The notes: generated by a model not told the origin, from the letters alone. DNA of 64,000 nucleotides from Waddliaceae bacterium (GCA_963724325.1 CAVRUH010000005.1:96001-160000); one strand, 5' to 3'; numbered from the stretch's first letter, positions 30,320 through 43,340 are shown. Program-made: numbers and translations.

Positions 30320-31423
30320 ATGTTAAAATGTTTATTATCTATCTTCCTATTCATCTTCACATTTTCACTTCAAGCTGATCAACAACCGGAATTTCATGGA
30401 AAAATTATCGTTCTGTGGTCCGGCCTCGGCGAATATGCCTGGGCAAAAAGATTAGAGGTCGCCTGCAACCGCCTCGGATGGGAATGCATAACATCATTTG
30501 ACTCCAAACAAATGTCTAATTTTGATAAAATGGTGCAAAAAGATCCCGTCACCCCAGACGAAATCAAAACCCTCATAGAAAAACATCAGCCCGATTTTGT
30601 CCTCAACCTTAAATCAGATACAATACACTCGGCAAAAGTCTGCAACTATTTTTCTGCCACAGGAACTCTCGAATCAGTTTTCGATCTAAAATTTTCTCCT
30701 CCTACAAAAATCCTGGCCTTTGATGGAATCCTATACTGCTCCCGAAGTATCAACGGACTAAAACTATTTTTTGAAAGACACGGAAAAAAATTCCACGGCA
30801 TGGAATGGTACCCCTCATCCCCAAAAACCGATTACCAACCAGTCAGCGCAACACGACTGTTCTACTGCGGATTCCAATGGGACAATAAACGAAATGGCGC
30901 AGAATACCGTAAATTATTTTCAATGCTCGATAAACAGGGGACCCTAGATATCTATGGCCCCGCCTCAAGTTGGGACTGCGCTCCCAATTCCGTTAAAGGC
31001 TTCACCTTCGATGAAGAAGAATTCCGTCAAGCCATGCGAAAATCGGGGATCGTCCTCATCCTCCACGCTCAAGGCAACCTAGACTTGGGTACCCCAGCCG
31101 CCCGCATCTTCGAAGCCTCAGCAGCTTCATGCGTCATCATAAGCGATCGTCATCCTTTCGTAGTACAGGAATTTGGAGACTCCATCCTCTACGTCGATCA
31201 TACTCAACCGGGTGATATCCTTTTCCAACAAATCGATGCACATCGCCAATGGATTCTAACCCATCCTGCTGAAGCCGAAGCCATGGCCCGCAAAGCCCAC
31301 GGAATTTTTGTGAACAAATTCACCCTAGAAAAACAACTTCAAGATCTAAAAACAATGCATCTTAACGTTCTAGCTGAAAAGATCGGAAAAAGTAAAATTG
31401 ATTTAAAAGAACCTTTCTTGTAA
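30320..31423 (+). CDS. Exported glycosyltransferase-like protein (CgeB/Glyco_trans_1_2-like C-terminus)
   Basis: Signal peptide; RIFEASAASCVIISD, EAEAMARKAH...FTLE. Confidence 0.7.
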   Translation: MLKCLLSIFLFIFTFSLQADQQPEFHGKIIVLWSGLGEYAWAKRLEVACNRLGWECITSFDSKQMSNFDKMVQKDPVTPDEIKTLIEKHQPDFVLNLKSDTIHSAKVCNYFSATGTLESVFDLKFSPPTKILAFDGILYCSRSINGLKLFFERHGKKFHGMEWYPSSPKTDYQPVSATRLFYCGFQWDNKRNGAEYRKLFSMLDKQGTLDIYGPASSWDCAPNSVKGFTFDEEEFRQAMRKSGIVLILHAQGNLDLGTPAARIFEASAASCVIISDRHPFVVQEFGDSILYVDHTQPGDILFQQIDAHRQWILTHPAEAEAMARKAHGIFVNKFTLEKQLQDLKTMHLNVLAEKIGKSKIDLKEPFL

Positions 31424-31453
31424 AATGGTATATTTTAGTCAACACAGATTGAG

Positions 31454-32338
31454 ATGATAACAACAAGTCCTAACATTAAAAAAGCATCCAGATTCCAACG
31501 GACAATAAAATCCGATGTTTCCTTCTCCGGTATCGGCATCCACACCGGCACCAAAGTTTCCATCCGCTTCCGCCCAGAAAAAGAAGGCTCTGGCATATAC
31601 TTCAAGCGCATCGACCTCCCCGGACAACCCATCATCCCCGCAACACTCGAATACGTATGCGATACCTCCCGCAGCACCTCCATTGGCGTGGCCGATATCC
31701 GCATCCACACCATCGAACACGTCCTAGCAGCCGTTCGCGCTTTCAACATCGACAACCTATGCATCGAAATTTCCTCCATAGAACCTCCCGTCGGCAACGG
31801 AAGCTCCGACGTCTTCATCAAAATGCTCGAAAGCGTCGGCATCGAAGAACAATCAACTACAACTCCCATCTTCAAACTAACCCATCCAATCTACTGGGCA
31901 GAAGACGACATCCAACTCATCGCCATCCCCCACGACACCTACCGCATCAGCTACACCCTCAGCTACCCCGAATCTCAAATCCTCAAAGCCCAATTCCACT
32001 CCATCGAAGTAAATAAAGAAAACTTCATAAACGAAATCGCTCCCTGCCGAACCTTCTCACGATACGAAGAAATAACCTATCTCATGGACAGAGGCCTCAT
32101 CAAAGGCGGCAGCCTCGACAACGCAGTGATCATCAAAGACAACGTAGTCTTCAGCAAAGAAGGTCTTTTCTTCCCCAATGAAATGGTCAGACATAAAATA
32201 CTAGACCTCATCGGTGACCTCTCTCTCGTTGGCTTCGACTTCCTCGCACACATCATTTCAATCCGCTCAGGCCACCGCTCAAATGTCCTCTTTGCCGAAA
32301 AAATCCTAAATGCCATAACGATGGAGAAATCCCTATGA
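31454..32338 (+). CDS. lpxC: UDP-3-O-acyl-N-acetylglucosamine deacetylase
   Basis: QRTI, GIGIHTG, TIEHVLAA, IAPCRTF, RHKILDLIGDL. Confidence 0.97.
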   Translation: MITTSPNIKKASRFQRTIKSDVSFSGIGIHTGTKVSIRFRPEKEGSGIYFKRIDLPGQPIIPATLEYVCDTSRSTSIGVADIRIHTIEHVLAAVRAFNIDNLCIEISSIEPPVGNGSSDVFIKMLESVGIEEQSTTTPIFKLTHPIYWAEDDIQLIAIPHDTYRISYTLSYPESQILKAQFHSIEVNKENFINEIAPCRTFSRYEEITYLMDRGLIKGGSLDNAVIIKDNVVFSKEGLFFPNEMVRHKILDLIGDLSLVGFDFLAHIISIRSGHRSNVLFAEKILNAITMEKSL

Positions 32339-32787
32339 CCGAAAAGAAACAACTTTTCATAAAAGATATTATGAAAATTCTTCCCCACCGCTATCCCTTC
32401 CTTCTCATCGACCGAGTCATCGATCTAGATCTAGAAAAAGGAAATATCCTCGCACAAAAAAATCTGACAATTAACGAAGAATTTTTCCAAGGTCACTTCC
32501 CCGGAGCTCCCATCATGCCAGGTGTGCTAATCCTAGAAGCCCTAGCACAAGCCGGCGCAGTCCTAGTATACCTCAATGGCCAAAGCGACCAAATAGCCGT
32601 TCTCATGAGCGTAAAAAATGCCAAATTCCGCGCGCCCGCAAAGCCAGGAGATATCCTCTATCTCAAATGCGAAGGTCTCCACCTGAGTAGCAAAGGAGGA
32701 CGCATCAAAGCCACTGCCACCGTCAATGATAAAATCGCCGTCGAAGCCGAAATTGGTTTCGCACTTGTCGATAAAAGCCAAATTTAG
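32335..32787 (+). CDS. fabZ: 3-hydroxyacyl-ACP dehydratase
   Basis: LPHRYPFLLID, FQGHFP, MPGVLILEALAQ. Confidence 0.97.
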   Translation: MTEKKQLFIKDIMKILPHRYPFLLIDRVIDLDLEKGNILAQKNLTINEEFFQGHFPGAPIMPGVLILEALAQAGAVLVYLNGQSDQIAVLMSVKNAKFRAPAKPGDILYLKCEGLHLSSKGGRIKATATVNDKIAVEAEIGFALVDKSQI

Positions 32788-32820
32788 GATAATAACATTT
32801 AACATAAGAGAATTTTGCGC

Positions 32821-33642
32821 ATGTCCCAGTCTAATATACATCCTATGGCACTCGTTGAGCCAGGAGCCATCATCGGCAATAACGTAACCATCGAAGCCTT
32901 TGCCGTGGTCAAATCCAATGTCCGCCTCGACGACAACGTAACAATCAAATCCCACGCCTATATCGACGGCTGCACCACCATCGGCGAAGGTACCACCATC
33001 TATCCAAGCGCCAGCATAGGCACCAAAACCCAAGACCTCAAATTCATCGGAGAAAAAACCTACGTAAAAATCGGAAAAAAATGCGAAATCCGTGAATTCG
33101 TCACCATTAATTCATCCTGCGGCGAAGGAACATCGGTAGAAATAGGGGACCAATGCCTCATCATGGCCTACTGCCACATAGCACATAACTGCATCGTCGG
33201 AAACCGAGTAGTCATGGTCAATAACGCCAGCCTCGCCGGCCACGTCATCGTCGAAGACTGCGCCATCATCGGCGGACTCACAGGTATTCACCAATTCGTA
33301 AGAATCGGCGCCCACGCAATGGTAGGCGGTATGAGTCGTGTGACTAAAGACATCCCCCCATACACCATCGGAGCAGGTATTCCATTCAAATTCGGCGGCA
33401 TCAACCGGATAGGCCTCAGCCGTCGCGGATTCACTTTGGCAACCAGAATGGAACTCAATAAAGCTTTTAAACTCGTATTCCGCTCAAAACTTACTTTGGA
33501 AGAAGCCATTCAACAAATTGAAACTACCCTCGACCCCATTCCTGAAATTCAACACTGGATCAAATTCTGCAAAGAATCAAAAAGGGGATTAATGGGCCTC
33601 GAAGGCGTCACCCAGGGCTCTGAAGAAGAAATCACTGTATAA
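32821..33642 (+). CDS. lpxA: UDP-N-acetylglucosamine acyltransferase
   Basis: Hexapeptide repeats, QDLKF, REFVTI, HIAHNC, HQFVRIG. Confidence 0.97.
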   Translation: MSQSNIHPMALVEPGAIIGNNVTIEAFAVVKSNVRLDDNVTIKSHAYIDGCTTIGEGTTIYPSASIGTKTQDLKFIGEKTYVKIGKKCEIREFVTINSSCGEGTSVEIGDQCLIMAYCHIAHNCIVGNRVVMVNNASLAGHVIVEDCAIIGGLTGIHQFVRIGAHAMVGGMSRVTKDIPPYTIGAGIPFKFGGINRIGLSRRGFTLATRMELNKAFKLVFRSKLTLEEAIQQIETTLDPIPEIQHWIKFCKESKRGLMGLEGVTQGSEEEITV

Positions 33643-33643
33643 T

Positions 33644-34579
33644 ATGATAAAAGTTGTCTACTTCGGCACACCCGAATTCTCCGCCTCAGTACTGAAATAT
33701 CTTCTCGATAGCGGCATAAGCATCTGCGCCGTCATCTCCAAACCCGATAAACCCAAAGGACGCTCTGGAGATCCAGTTCCAACACCCGTCAAAATCATTG
33801 CCCAAAATTCCATACCTGTTTATCAACCCGACATTGTGTCAAATATAGAATTTACACCAATCATCCAAGCTCTCGAACCAGATCTATTCGTCGTAGTTGC
33901 CTATGGAGAAATCATCAAACAACATCTGCTCGATATCCCAAAATTAGGTTCAATAAACCTGCACACAAGTCTTCTGCCAAAATATCGAGGCGCTGCACCC
34001 ATTCAACGTGCTATCATCAATGGCGAAACAGAATCTGGTATTTCCATCATCCACATGGTCAAAAAAATGGACGCAGGCAATGTCATCAAAATGATAAAAG
34101 TGCCTATCCAAGAAAATGAGACCTTTGGTGATCTCGAAAAAAACCTACTCGAAGTAGGTTCCAAAGGAATTCTTGATGTCATCCTTCAATTCGAAAAAGG
34201 AACTGTTACCGACACTCCCCAAAATCCCAATGAAGTTACCTTCGCTCCAAAAATTGAACTCGAAGACTGCCAAATCGATTGGAAACTTCCAGCTCAAACA
34301 ATTCATAACCTCGTTAGAGGAGTCAACCCCTACCCAGGCGCCTGGTGCAATGTTATCTCCAATAACCAAACAAAACGTCTCAAAATCCACATCACACGAG
34401 TCCAAAAAGGAATAGAAAATACCCCAGGAAAAATTATCTCCTGTGATAACTCAGGAATGCTAGTTGCCTGCGGACAAAATGCTATCAATGTCCTCGAACT
34501 CCAACTCGAAGGCAAAAAACGGATGACCCCAATAGAGCTCTTCCGCGGCGGCCGCTTCCTCTTCATAGAAAAAATTTAA
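33644..34579 (+). CDS. fmt: Methionyl-tRNA formyltransferase
   Basis: FGTPEF, VVAYG, NLHTSLLPKYRGAAPIQ, MDAG. Confidence 0.97.
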   Translation: MIKVVYFGTPEFSASVLKYLLDSGISICAVISKPDKPKGRSGDPVPTPVKIIAQNSIPVYQPDIVSNIEFTPIIQALEPDLFVVVAYGEIIKQHLLDIPKLGSINLHTSLLPKYRGAAPIQRAIINGETESGISIIHMVKKMDAGNVIKMIKVPIQENETFGDLEKNLLEVGSKGILDVILQFEKGTVTDTPQNPNEVTFAPKIELEDCQIDWKLPAQTIHNLVRGVNPYPGAWCNVISNNQTKRLKIHITRVQKGIENTPGKIISCDNSGMLVACGQNAINVLELQLEGKKRMTPIELFRGGRFLFIEKI

Positions 34580-34641
34580 TGTACTCAAATTTCGAAAATG
34601 TGATATATCCATTCCAAGTTTGACTTTTTTTAAAAAAGTGA

Positions 34642-36863
<2,222 letters not shown>

Positions 36864-36883
36864 TAAAGTAACCTGAAAATTCG

Positions 36884-36930
36884 CCTGATTGCTGTTTAGC
36901 CAACTCGGTTAACAGCAATCAGGTTTTTCT
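36884..36930 (+). terminator. Intrinsic terminator after the collagen-like gene
   Basis: cctgattgctgtt / aacagcaatcagg stem followed by ttttt. Confidence 0.8.
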
Positions 36931-36981
36931 TTCCCACTAAAAAATAAAAAAATCAGCTCATATCTACTCATCATCAATAAA

Positions 36982-37080
36982 TATCGTCCATCCCGTCCCT
37001 ATCGTCCATTTCCGTCCATAACCTCATGTCCATACTGCCCATCCCGTCCATCCCCTTCATCCCATCCATACCCCATCCCC
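36982..37080. repeat. Degenerate C-rich short repeats (gtccat/cccat)
   Basis: Recurrent cgtccat-like units in the intergenic region. Confidence 0.55.
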
Positions 37081-37167
37081 TTAATTTTGTTGTAATAAAT
37101 TACCCCTATTCCATAGAATTAGCATTTATCTTAAAAATTCCTAACGAACAAATTTAAATAATAAAAA

Positions 37168-37758
37168 ATGAATGTAACAGAACTCATACGAACTTTTATC
37201 ACCTATATACCCAAGGCATATCCTCTTGTTCAGGGTGTGTTCTTTGCCGGATATGGAGCCAAAGAACTCGTTGCCGATGGAGTTATTGCCAACTATAAAA
37301 TTGCCCCTCTAAGCCCAACTGCTGCACCCACAACAAAAGCCGCTCACAAAATTCGATCCTTCATGGCAAAATTCAATTTTCTTCATGGACCTCTTTATAT
37401 GGCTTCCGCAGCCGCTTCCATCGTTTCTGAATTGCATACACTTAACCTCATAAATGTAGGTCCCATCGCCCCCATCCTAAATCCCATAAGCAATATACTA
37501 TTTATCGGTGCCTGCGCCCTCGCCATTGGTCAACAAATATACCTTCTAACTACTGCAAAATCTCTTCCCCCTGAAAAAGCTAAACCTCTTCGCGTCTCTT
37601 GTACCTTAGGAATCATTGGAAACGTTGGATATATTGCTGCCGTAGGCGCCATCTTTCTTGCAGCTCCCATAGCCCTCAGCATCATTTTAGGCGCCATCGC
37701 CCTTGCCATCGGCATCATCAAATTCTTCTACGACTACTACAAACTTAATTTGGAATAG
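37168..37758 (+). CDS. Hypothetical membrane protein with bilobed hydrophobic C-terminus (Inc-like)
   Basis: Long hydrophobic hairpin LGIIGNVGYIAAVGAIFLAAPIALSIILGAIALAIGIIKFF. Confidence 0.65.
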   Translation: MNVTELIRTFITYIPKAYPLVQGVFFAGYGAKELVADGVIANYKIAPLSPTAAPTTKAAHKIRSFMAKFNFLHGPLYMASAAASIVSELHTLNLINVGPIAPILNPISNILFIGACALAIGQQIYLLTTAKSLPPEKAKPLRVSCTLGIIGNVGYIAAVGAIFLAAPIALSIILGAIALAIGIIKFFYDYYKLNLE

Positions 37759-37966
37759 AAGGATAGTTGCAAAACTCAGGTTTTACCACTTTTTGGCGCT
37801 TTTACCAGTTTTTGCTCTTTGACACAAATAACCTTTACACACTACTCTATATAATTTTTCTTTAATATTTACAGGTGCAAAAATTTCTGGTATCTTCTTG
37901 GGTTTTGTTGGATGTAACAATCCAAACAAGTTCAAGAAAAACCAAATAAATGGGAGAATAATTAAC

Positions 37967-38887
37967 ATGAAAATCGGAGAAAAAATCGATTACGCATTAA
38001 CAGGTGTTGGAAAACTGGCTAAAAGTATAACCGCCGGTACTCTAGATGTTGCTGATAAAACAGCAAAATTCGCAGTTGCTATATTTAACGTCATCTCGAC
38101 ATTCCTCCAACACTTTGCAGCCAATGCAGTCAAAGCAATCGCATTCATCACAAACTCGGAAAAATTGCCATTTAAACAATTTATCGACTTTGTCGACCTA
38201 ATTGCACCTATTGGAGCTCTTAGACATGTCTTAGACGCTGATGAACGTAAAAAATTGGCTGGAAAACCCCTCAAAATTGCCCACACAGTTGCCATAGCCG
38301 CAGGCCAAATCGTCGGCTCTGTTAATATACTCAACAAATACGAAGCTATCAACCTCGGCGCAATCGCCTCTACAACAGTTGGCAACATGCCTGTTCTCGG
38401 CTTTGTAAAGAACACCCTATTCACTGTTGGCACAGGTTTCAACATTGCCGAAGGTATCAGAATTCTCGCTAAAGAATGCCCTGCTAAGAAAGTTGAAGTA
38501 ACCAAGAATGTAAATAAAATAAATACTCTAAGTAATGAAGCAATCATAGCAAAAGCCGGTCATAACCCAGATTATGACACGAGCCTTATTGATGACAACA
38601 AACAAGCATTCGTCGATTCAAAAAAAGCCCTCTGGAAAGCAAAAGCTTATAACGCCGGCATCACACAAAGAAAAGCAGTTATAGGCCTTATCGCAGATAT
38701 CGCAAAAATTGCCATTTTAATCCTCTCAACAGTCGCACTGGCATTTGCCCTGACTAACCCCATACTATGGCTCATTATACCAGTCATCGGCCTTGCTTCA
38801 GCTTCAACCGGTTTCTTTAAGTCACTCTACACAGAATACTTCTGCGAAGTAAAACAACTTCCACAAGTTGCATTCAAAACCGCATAA
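37967..38887 (+). CDS. Inc-like membrane protein, possible positional homolog of Cap1 (CT529)
   Basis: Between fmt and rplC; C-terminal bilobed hydrophobic domain; ATG at 37967 after GGGAG. Confidence 0.6.
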   Translation: MKIGEKIDYALTGVGKLAKSITAGTLDVADKTAKFAVAIFNVISTFLQHFAANAVKAIAFITNSEKLPFKQFIDFVDLIAPIGALRHVLDADERKKLAGKPLKIAHTVAIAAGQIVGSVNILNKYEAINLGAIASTTVGNMPVLGFVKNTLFTVGTGFNIAEGIRILAKECPAKKVEVTKNVNKINTLSNEAIIAKAGHNPDYDTSLIDDNKQAFVDSKKALWKAKAYNAGITQRKAVIGLIADIAKIAILILSTVALAFALTNPILWLIIPVIGLASASTGFFKSLYTEYFCEVKQLPQVAFKTA

Positions 38888-38890
38888 ATA

Positions 38891-39250
38891 ATGCACGTTC
38901 CCACACAACGACTGCCTATCCACGAATGGATAGCAGTCGTTATAATCATCTCAGTCTTCTTATTCCTTACCATAATCACCATTTCTAACTACGAACCACC
39001 CCTCATCGAAACCAACACAGTCGCAATCTCACAACCCCTAGTCGATGTAACCATCATAGGCGCCGTAAAATTCCCAGGCACCTACCAAATCGAAAAAGGC
39101 TCAACCATCCAAACTCTCTTAGATATGGCCGAACCTCTCCCAAATGCAAACCTCAATTCTCTCAATTTTGACTCAAAAATCACAAAAAAAAGAAAAATCA
39201 CCATAAAAGAAATCCCAATAAGAAAAACAAGAAAATCATCTTCTAGATAA
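38891..39250 (+). CDS. Membrane-anchored SLBB-domain protein (ComEA N-terminal-like)
   Basis: TM helix then VTIIGAVKFPGTYQIEKGSTIQTLLDMA. Confidence 0.75.
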   Translation: MHVPTQRLPIHEWIAVVIIISVFLFLTIITISNYEPPLIETNTVAISQPLVDVTIIGAVKFPGTYQIEKGSTIQTLLDMAEPLPNANLNSLNFDSKITKKRKITIKEIPIRKTRKSSSR

Positions 39251-39374
39251 CCCCTGAAACCGATTCAAAACAATAAAATAAAGTTAAAATTATAGGGGAG
39301 TAAGGAAAAATGAGAAAATATTGTGTTTTGTGCTTGTGAGAAAATAGGAAGATTTGATATTCTTTCCATTTTCG

Positions 39375-39462
39375 GCATTCAGAAGATTAACTTTTGAATG
39401 CGTCCCTCTCTAAACACTGAAAAGAACACATCTCGTGTGTAACTTATCACATGTTTAAGAGG
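39375..39462 (+). promoter_or_regulatory. Putative structured 5' leader of the ribosomal protein operon
   Basis: Hairpin gcattcagaag/cttttgaatgc (39375-39401) and a second stem cctct-taaaca...tgttta-agagg. Confidence 0.4.
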
Positions 39463-39495
39463 AAAGAATGATCAATATTATAAGGATTAGAACAT

Positions 39496-40158
39496 ATGTC
39501 GCAACAACTGATGGGAAAAAAACGTGGAATGTCTAACATCTTCGATGACAAAGGCAATCTTGTCGTTTGTACAGTCATAGAAATCGAACCAAACGTAGTC
39601 ACCCAAATCAAAACTATAGAAACCGACGGATATAACGCTGTTCAAACAGGATTCGACAAAATTAAGGGCAAAAAACCCGAAACTATCGAAAAAAGAACCG
39701 GAAAACCTCAAGCAGGTCACTTCAAAAAAGCCAACGTCGAACCACGACGACACCTCGTTGAATCAAGAGTCGAAAACGTAAACGACTACAACGTCGGTCA
39801 AGAAATATCCGTCGAAATGTTCAAAGACATCAAATTCGTCGACGTCAAAGCCATCTCTATCGGTAAAGGCTACCAAGGTGTAATGAAATTACACAACTTT
39901 AGCGGTCTCGGATCCTCCCATGGCGTGAAAAAAGTACATAGATCCCTAGGATCAACCGGTAACCGATCTACTCCAGGTCGTTGCTTCCCAGGTGGAGAAC
40001 GCGATAGCCACATGGGCAACGAAAAAGTCACCGTCCAAAACCTAAAAGTAATTGAAGTTAATACTAAAGAAAATTACATCATCGTCAAAGGCGCTGTTCC
40101 CGGACCAAAAAATGGCCTCGTAACAATGCAAAAATCCATCAAGCTGGCTGGAGTATAA
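39496..40158 (+). CDS. rplC: 50S ribosomal protein L3
   Basis: GKKRGM, DGYNAVQ, GKGYQGVMK, KGAVPGP. Confidence 0.97.
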   Translation: MSQQLMGKKRGMSNIFDDKGNLVVCTVIEIEPNVVTQIKTIETDGYNAVQTGFDKIKGKKPETIEKRTGKPQAGHFKKANVEPRRHLVESRVENVNDYNVGQEISVEMFKDIKFVDVKAISIGKGYQGVMKLHNFSGLGSSHGVKKVHRSLGSTGNRSTPGRCFPGGERDSHMGNEKVTVQNLKVIEVNTKENYIIVKGAVPGPKNGLVTMQKSIKLAGV

Positions 40159-40162
40159 CAAT

Positions 40163-40849
40163 ATGACAACACTCAAAAAATACAACATCGAAGGAAAAGA
40201 AACCGGAACAATTTCCGTAACCGAACCCTTCGAAAATGCAAAAGCCCATTCACAAATGGTAAAAGATTACATCATCGCCCTACGCGAAAACGCAAGACAA
40301 TGGTCTGCCTCAACAAAAACACGTAGCGAAGTAAAACACACCACCAAAAAACCCTGGAACCAAAAAGGTACCGGCCGCGCTCGCCAAGGTTCTTTCGTCT
40401 CCCCACAATTTAAAGGAGGCGGTATCGTGTTCGGACCAAAACCTAAATTCGACCAACACGTCCGCATCAACAAAAAAGAAAGAATCGCAGCTATCAGATA
40501 CCTGCTTGCAAACAAAATTAAAAATAACAAAATCATCATCCTCGAAGACACTAAACTTGAATCTCCTAACACAAAACAACTTGCTTCCTTCCTAAAAACG
40601 ACCGGATGCAATAGAAAAGTCCTCTTCCTCGGAGAAGGTTCCTACGAAAACGTCGAAATCACAGAAAATGTAACCCGCAAGGTCAGCGTTCACTCTGATA
40701 AACACAGCAACATGCGTTTGAGCGTTCGTAATATACCAAAAGTTCAATTTAACCTCGCTACCAACGTCAGCGGTTACGACGTGCTACTCGCTGACCACCT
40801 CGTGGTTACAGAATCAGCGCTAAACGAAATTAAACAGTGGCTCGCATAA
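40163..40849 (+). CDS. rplD: 50S ribosomal protein L4
   Basis: TKTRSEV, QKGTGRARQG, GGGIVFGPKP. Confidence 0.97.
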   Translation: MTTLKKYNIEGKETGTISVTEPFENAKAHSQMVKDYIIALRENARQWSASTKTRSEVKHTTKKPWNQKGTGRARQGSFVSPQFKGGGIVFGPKPKFDQHVRINKKERIAAIRYLLANKIKNNKIIILEDTKLESPNTKQLASFLKTTGCNRKVLFLGEGSYENVEITENVTRKVSVHSDKHSNMRLSVRNIPKVQFNLATNVSGYDVLLADHLVVTESALNEIKQWLA

Positions 40850-40858
40850 GGATAGAAA

Positions 40859-41194
40859 ATGAATAATAAGAACCCATACCAAGTTATAAAGTCCAGGCAC
40901 GTGACAGAAAAAGCTCACATGCTCGAGTCCCTAAAAGACTCAGAAAGCAACGCCTGCTCAAAAAGATGCAAATCACCGAAATATGTCTTTCTCGTAGATA
41001 TCGCTGCAAATAAACAAGAAATTGCCAATGCACTCGAATCCATCTACTCAGAAAAAAATATCAAAGTGAAAAAAGTGAACACAACTACCACCAAACCGAA
41101 AATAAGACGTGTTCGCGGTCGCGTTGGATCAACGACGGCATTCAAAAAAGCAATCGTTACCCTTGATCAAGGTGATAACCTCGATAACACATAA
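40859..41194 (+). CDS. rplW: 50S ribosomal protein L23
   Basis: TEKA, ANKQEI, VNT, KKAIVTL. Confidence 0.95.
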   Translation: MNNKNPYQVIKSRHVTEKAHMLESLKDSESNACSKRCKSPKYVFLVDIAANKQEIANALESIYSEKNIKVKKVNTTTTKPKIRRVRGRVGSTTAFKKAIVTLDQGDNLDNT

Positions 41195-41209
41195 GAAGGA
41201 ATACACCAC

Positions 41210-42055
41210 ATGCTGAAAACTTATCGACCCATTACACCAAGCACAAGGACCCTAGTCCTCCAAAAACATGAGGAACTCACACGTCCTAACCCAAAATCAC
41301 GTGCTACAGTAAAACCGACTAAATCACTTCTCGCCCCAAAGAAAAGAAAAGGCGGTCGTAATAACAACGGTCACATAACCTGCCGCCATAAAGGTGGAGG
41401 ACACAAAAAACACTATCGTATCATCGACTTCAAACGCAATAAACTCGATATCCCAGCTCGCGTTGCATCCATCGAATACGATCCAAATAGATCATCCTAT
41501 ATCGCCCTCCTCAATTATGCTGATGGCGAAAAAAGATACATCATCGCTCCTCATGGCATCAAAGTTGGCGACTCAGTTCAATCCGGTTCCAATGTACCTT
41601 TCAAAACCGGAAACTGCATGAGACTCAAAGAAATGCCTCTCGGTTCAGTTGTACACAACATCGAAATGAACCCAGAAAAAGGAGCAAAATTCGTTCGCTC
41701 AGCCGGACTTTCAGCACAGCTCATGGCCCGAAGCGGCGGCTACGCAACATTGCGTATGCCCTCCGGCGAAGTCCGCATGGTCAGTGAAAACTGCCGCGCC
41801 ACTTTCGGCGCCGTCTCCAACCCGGAACACAATCTCCGAGTAGAAGGCAAAGCAGGAAGAAAAAGATGGAAAGGTATTAGACCTACCGTTCGTGGTATCG
41901 CGATGAACCCAGTCGACCACCCAATGGGTGGCGGTGAAGGACGCGGAAAAGGAAACATCCCCCAAACACCTTGGGGCGTATATGCAAAAGGTTTCCGCAC
42001 TCGTTCACCTAAAAAATCAAGAAAGTTAATTGTTAAAGACCGAAGGAAGAAATAA
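41210..42055 (+). CDS. rplB: 50S ribosomal protein L2
   Basis: [28 protein letters not shown]. Confidence 0.98.
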   Translation: MLKTYRPITPSTRTLVLQKHEELTRPNPKSRATVKPTKSLLAPKKRKGGRNNNGHITCRHKGGGHKKHYRIIDFKRNKLDIPARVASIEYDPNRSSYIALLNYADGEKRYIIAPHGIKVGDSVQSGSNVPFKTGNCMRLKEMPLGSVVHNIEMNPEKGAKFVRSAGLSAQLMARSGGYATLRMPSGEVRMVSENCRATFGAVSNPEHNLRVEGKAGRKRWKGIRPTVRGIAMNPVDHPMGGGEGRGKGNIPQTPWGVYAKGFRTRSPKKSRKLIVKDRRKK

Positions 42056-42057
42056 TT

Positions 42058-42328
42058 ATGGCTGAAGGTCACTCAAAAAAGGATCCTTTGTCGATCACCA
42101 CCTCTTCAACAAGGTTAAGAAACAAAATGAAGCCGGCAGCAAAAAACCCATCAAGACATGGTCCCGTCGTTCTATGATCACTCCAGATATGGTAGGACAT
42201 ACTTTTGAAGTCCACAACGGTCGTAAATTTTTTCAGTATTCGTGTCCGAAACTATGGTAGGTCACCGACTAGGCGAATTTTCACCAACTCGTGTCTTTAA
42301 AGGACACCCATTGAAAAAAGCAGCATAG
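42058..42328 (+). CDS. rpsS: 30S ribosomal protein S19 (two apparent indels; absent from the ORF track)
   Basis: [36 protein letters not shown] read in shifting frames. Confidence 0.93.
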
Positions 42329-42339
42329 GGAGCTAATTA

Positions 42340-42678
42340 ATGACACAAGCAAAATCAATATCTAAATACCAGAGAATCAGCCCCCAGAAAGCTCGCTTAG
42401 CCGCGGGACTAATCCGAGGCCTACCTGTTTCAGACGCCTTACACCAATTGAAGTTCTCCAAACTAAAGGGAGGACGTCTTTTGACGAAAACACTAGAAAG
42501 CGCCGTCGCCAACGCCGAAACACAACTTGAAGACGCTCGTCGTGAAAACCTCGTCGTCGCCGAAGTGCGAATCGATGAAGGTCCAAGAATGAAAAGCGCA
42601 CGCGCCAGAAGCCGCGGTGGTCGTCATCCGATTATAAAGAGAACCAGCCATTTAACCGTGGTCGTGAGCAAAGAATAA
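42340..42678 (+). CDS. rplV: 50S ribosomal protein L22
   Basis: RISPQKARL, SAVANA, KRTSHLTV. Confidence 0.97.
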   Translation: MTQAKSISKYQRISPQKARLAAGLIRGLPVSDALHQLKFSKLKGGRLLTKTLESAVANAETQLEDARRENLVVAEVRIDEGPRMKSARARSRGGRHPIIKRTSHLTVVVSKE

Positions 42679-42690
42679 GGAGCAGGATCA

Positions 42691-43338
42691 ATGGGACAAA
42701 AAGTTAATCCGATTGGATTTCGATTAGTACAAAGAAAAAATTGGCGATCCAAATGGTATGCGAACAAAAGCGAATTCGGCGATCTTTTCTTTGAAGATCA
42801 ACTTATTCGAAAATATATCCTTAAAACAAAAGGATTCCAAGGCGTATCGAAAATAAAAATCCGCCGCATGAGCGAAAAAGTTGAAGTGACCATCGTAACA
42901 GCTAGACCCGGTAACGTAATCGGCAAAAAAGGCGCTGAAATCGACGTCCTAAAAGAAGAACTCTTCAAACTCACAGGCAAAGAAGTCTGGGTTGAAGTTG
43001 AAGAAGTCAAACGACCAGACCTCGATGCACAAATCGTTGCCGATGGAATCGCAAAACAACTCGAACGACGTATTCCTTTCCGCCGCGCTATGAAGAAAGC
43101 CATGCAATCAACCATGGATGCAGGCGCCCTCGGTATTAAAGTTCAATGCTCCGGCCGTCTAGGCGGCGCAGAAATCGCACGTACCGAATGGTACAAAGAA
43201 GGAACTGTACCACTACATACCATTCGCGCCGATATCGATTTCGCTATGGGACGCGCTGAAACAACTTACGGTAGCATCGGCGTAAAAGTCTGGATCTACC
43301 GCGGTGAAGAAGAGAATGTGAAAAAGGAGATTGCTTAA
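42691..43338 (+). CDS. rpsC: 30S ribosomal protein S3
   Basis: [23 protein letters not shown]. Confidence 0.98.
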   Translation: MGQKVNPIGFRLVQRKNWRSKWYANKSEFGDLFFEDQLIRKYILKTKGFQGVSKIKIRRMSEKVEVTIVTARPGNVIGKKGAEIDVLKEELFKLTGKEVWVEVEEVKRPDLDAQIVADGIAKQLERRIPFRRAMKKAMQSTMDAGALGIKVQCSGRLGGAEIARTEWYKEGTVPLHTIRADIDFAMGRAETTYGSIGVKVWIYRGEEENVKKEIA

Positions 43339-43340
43339 CC

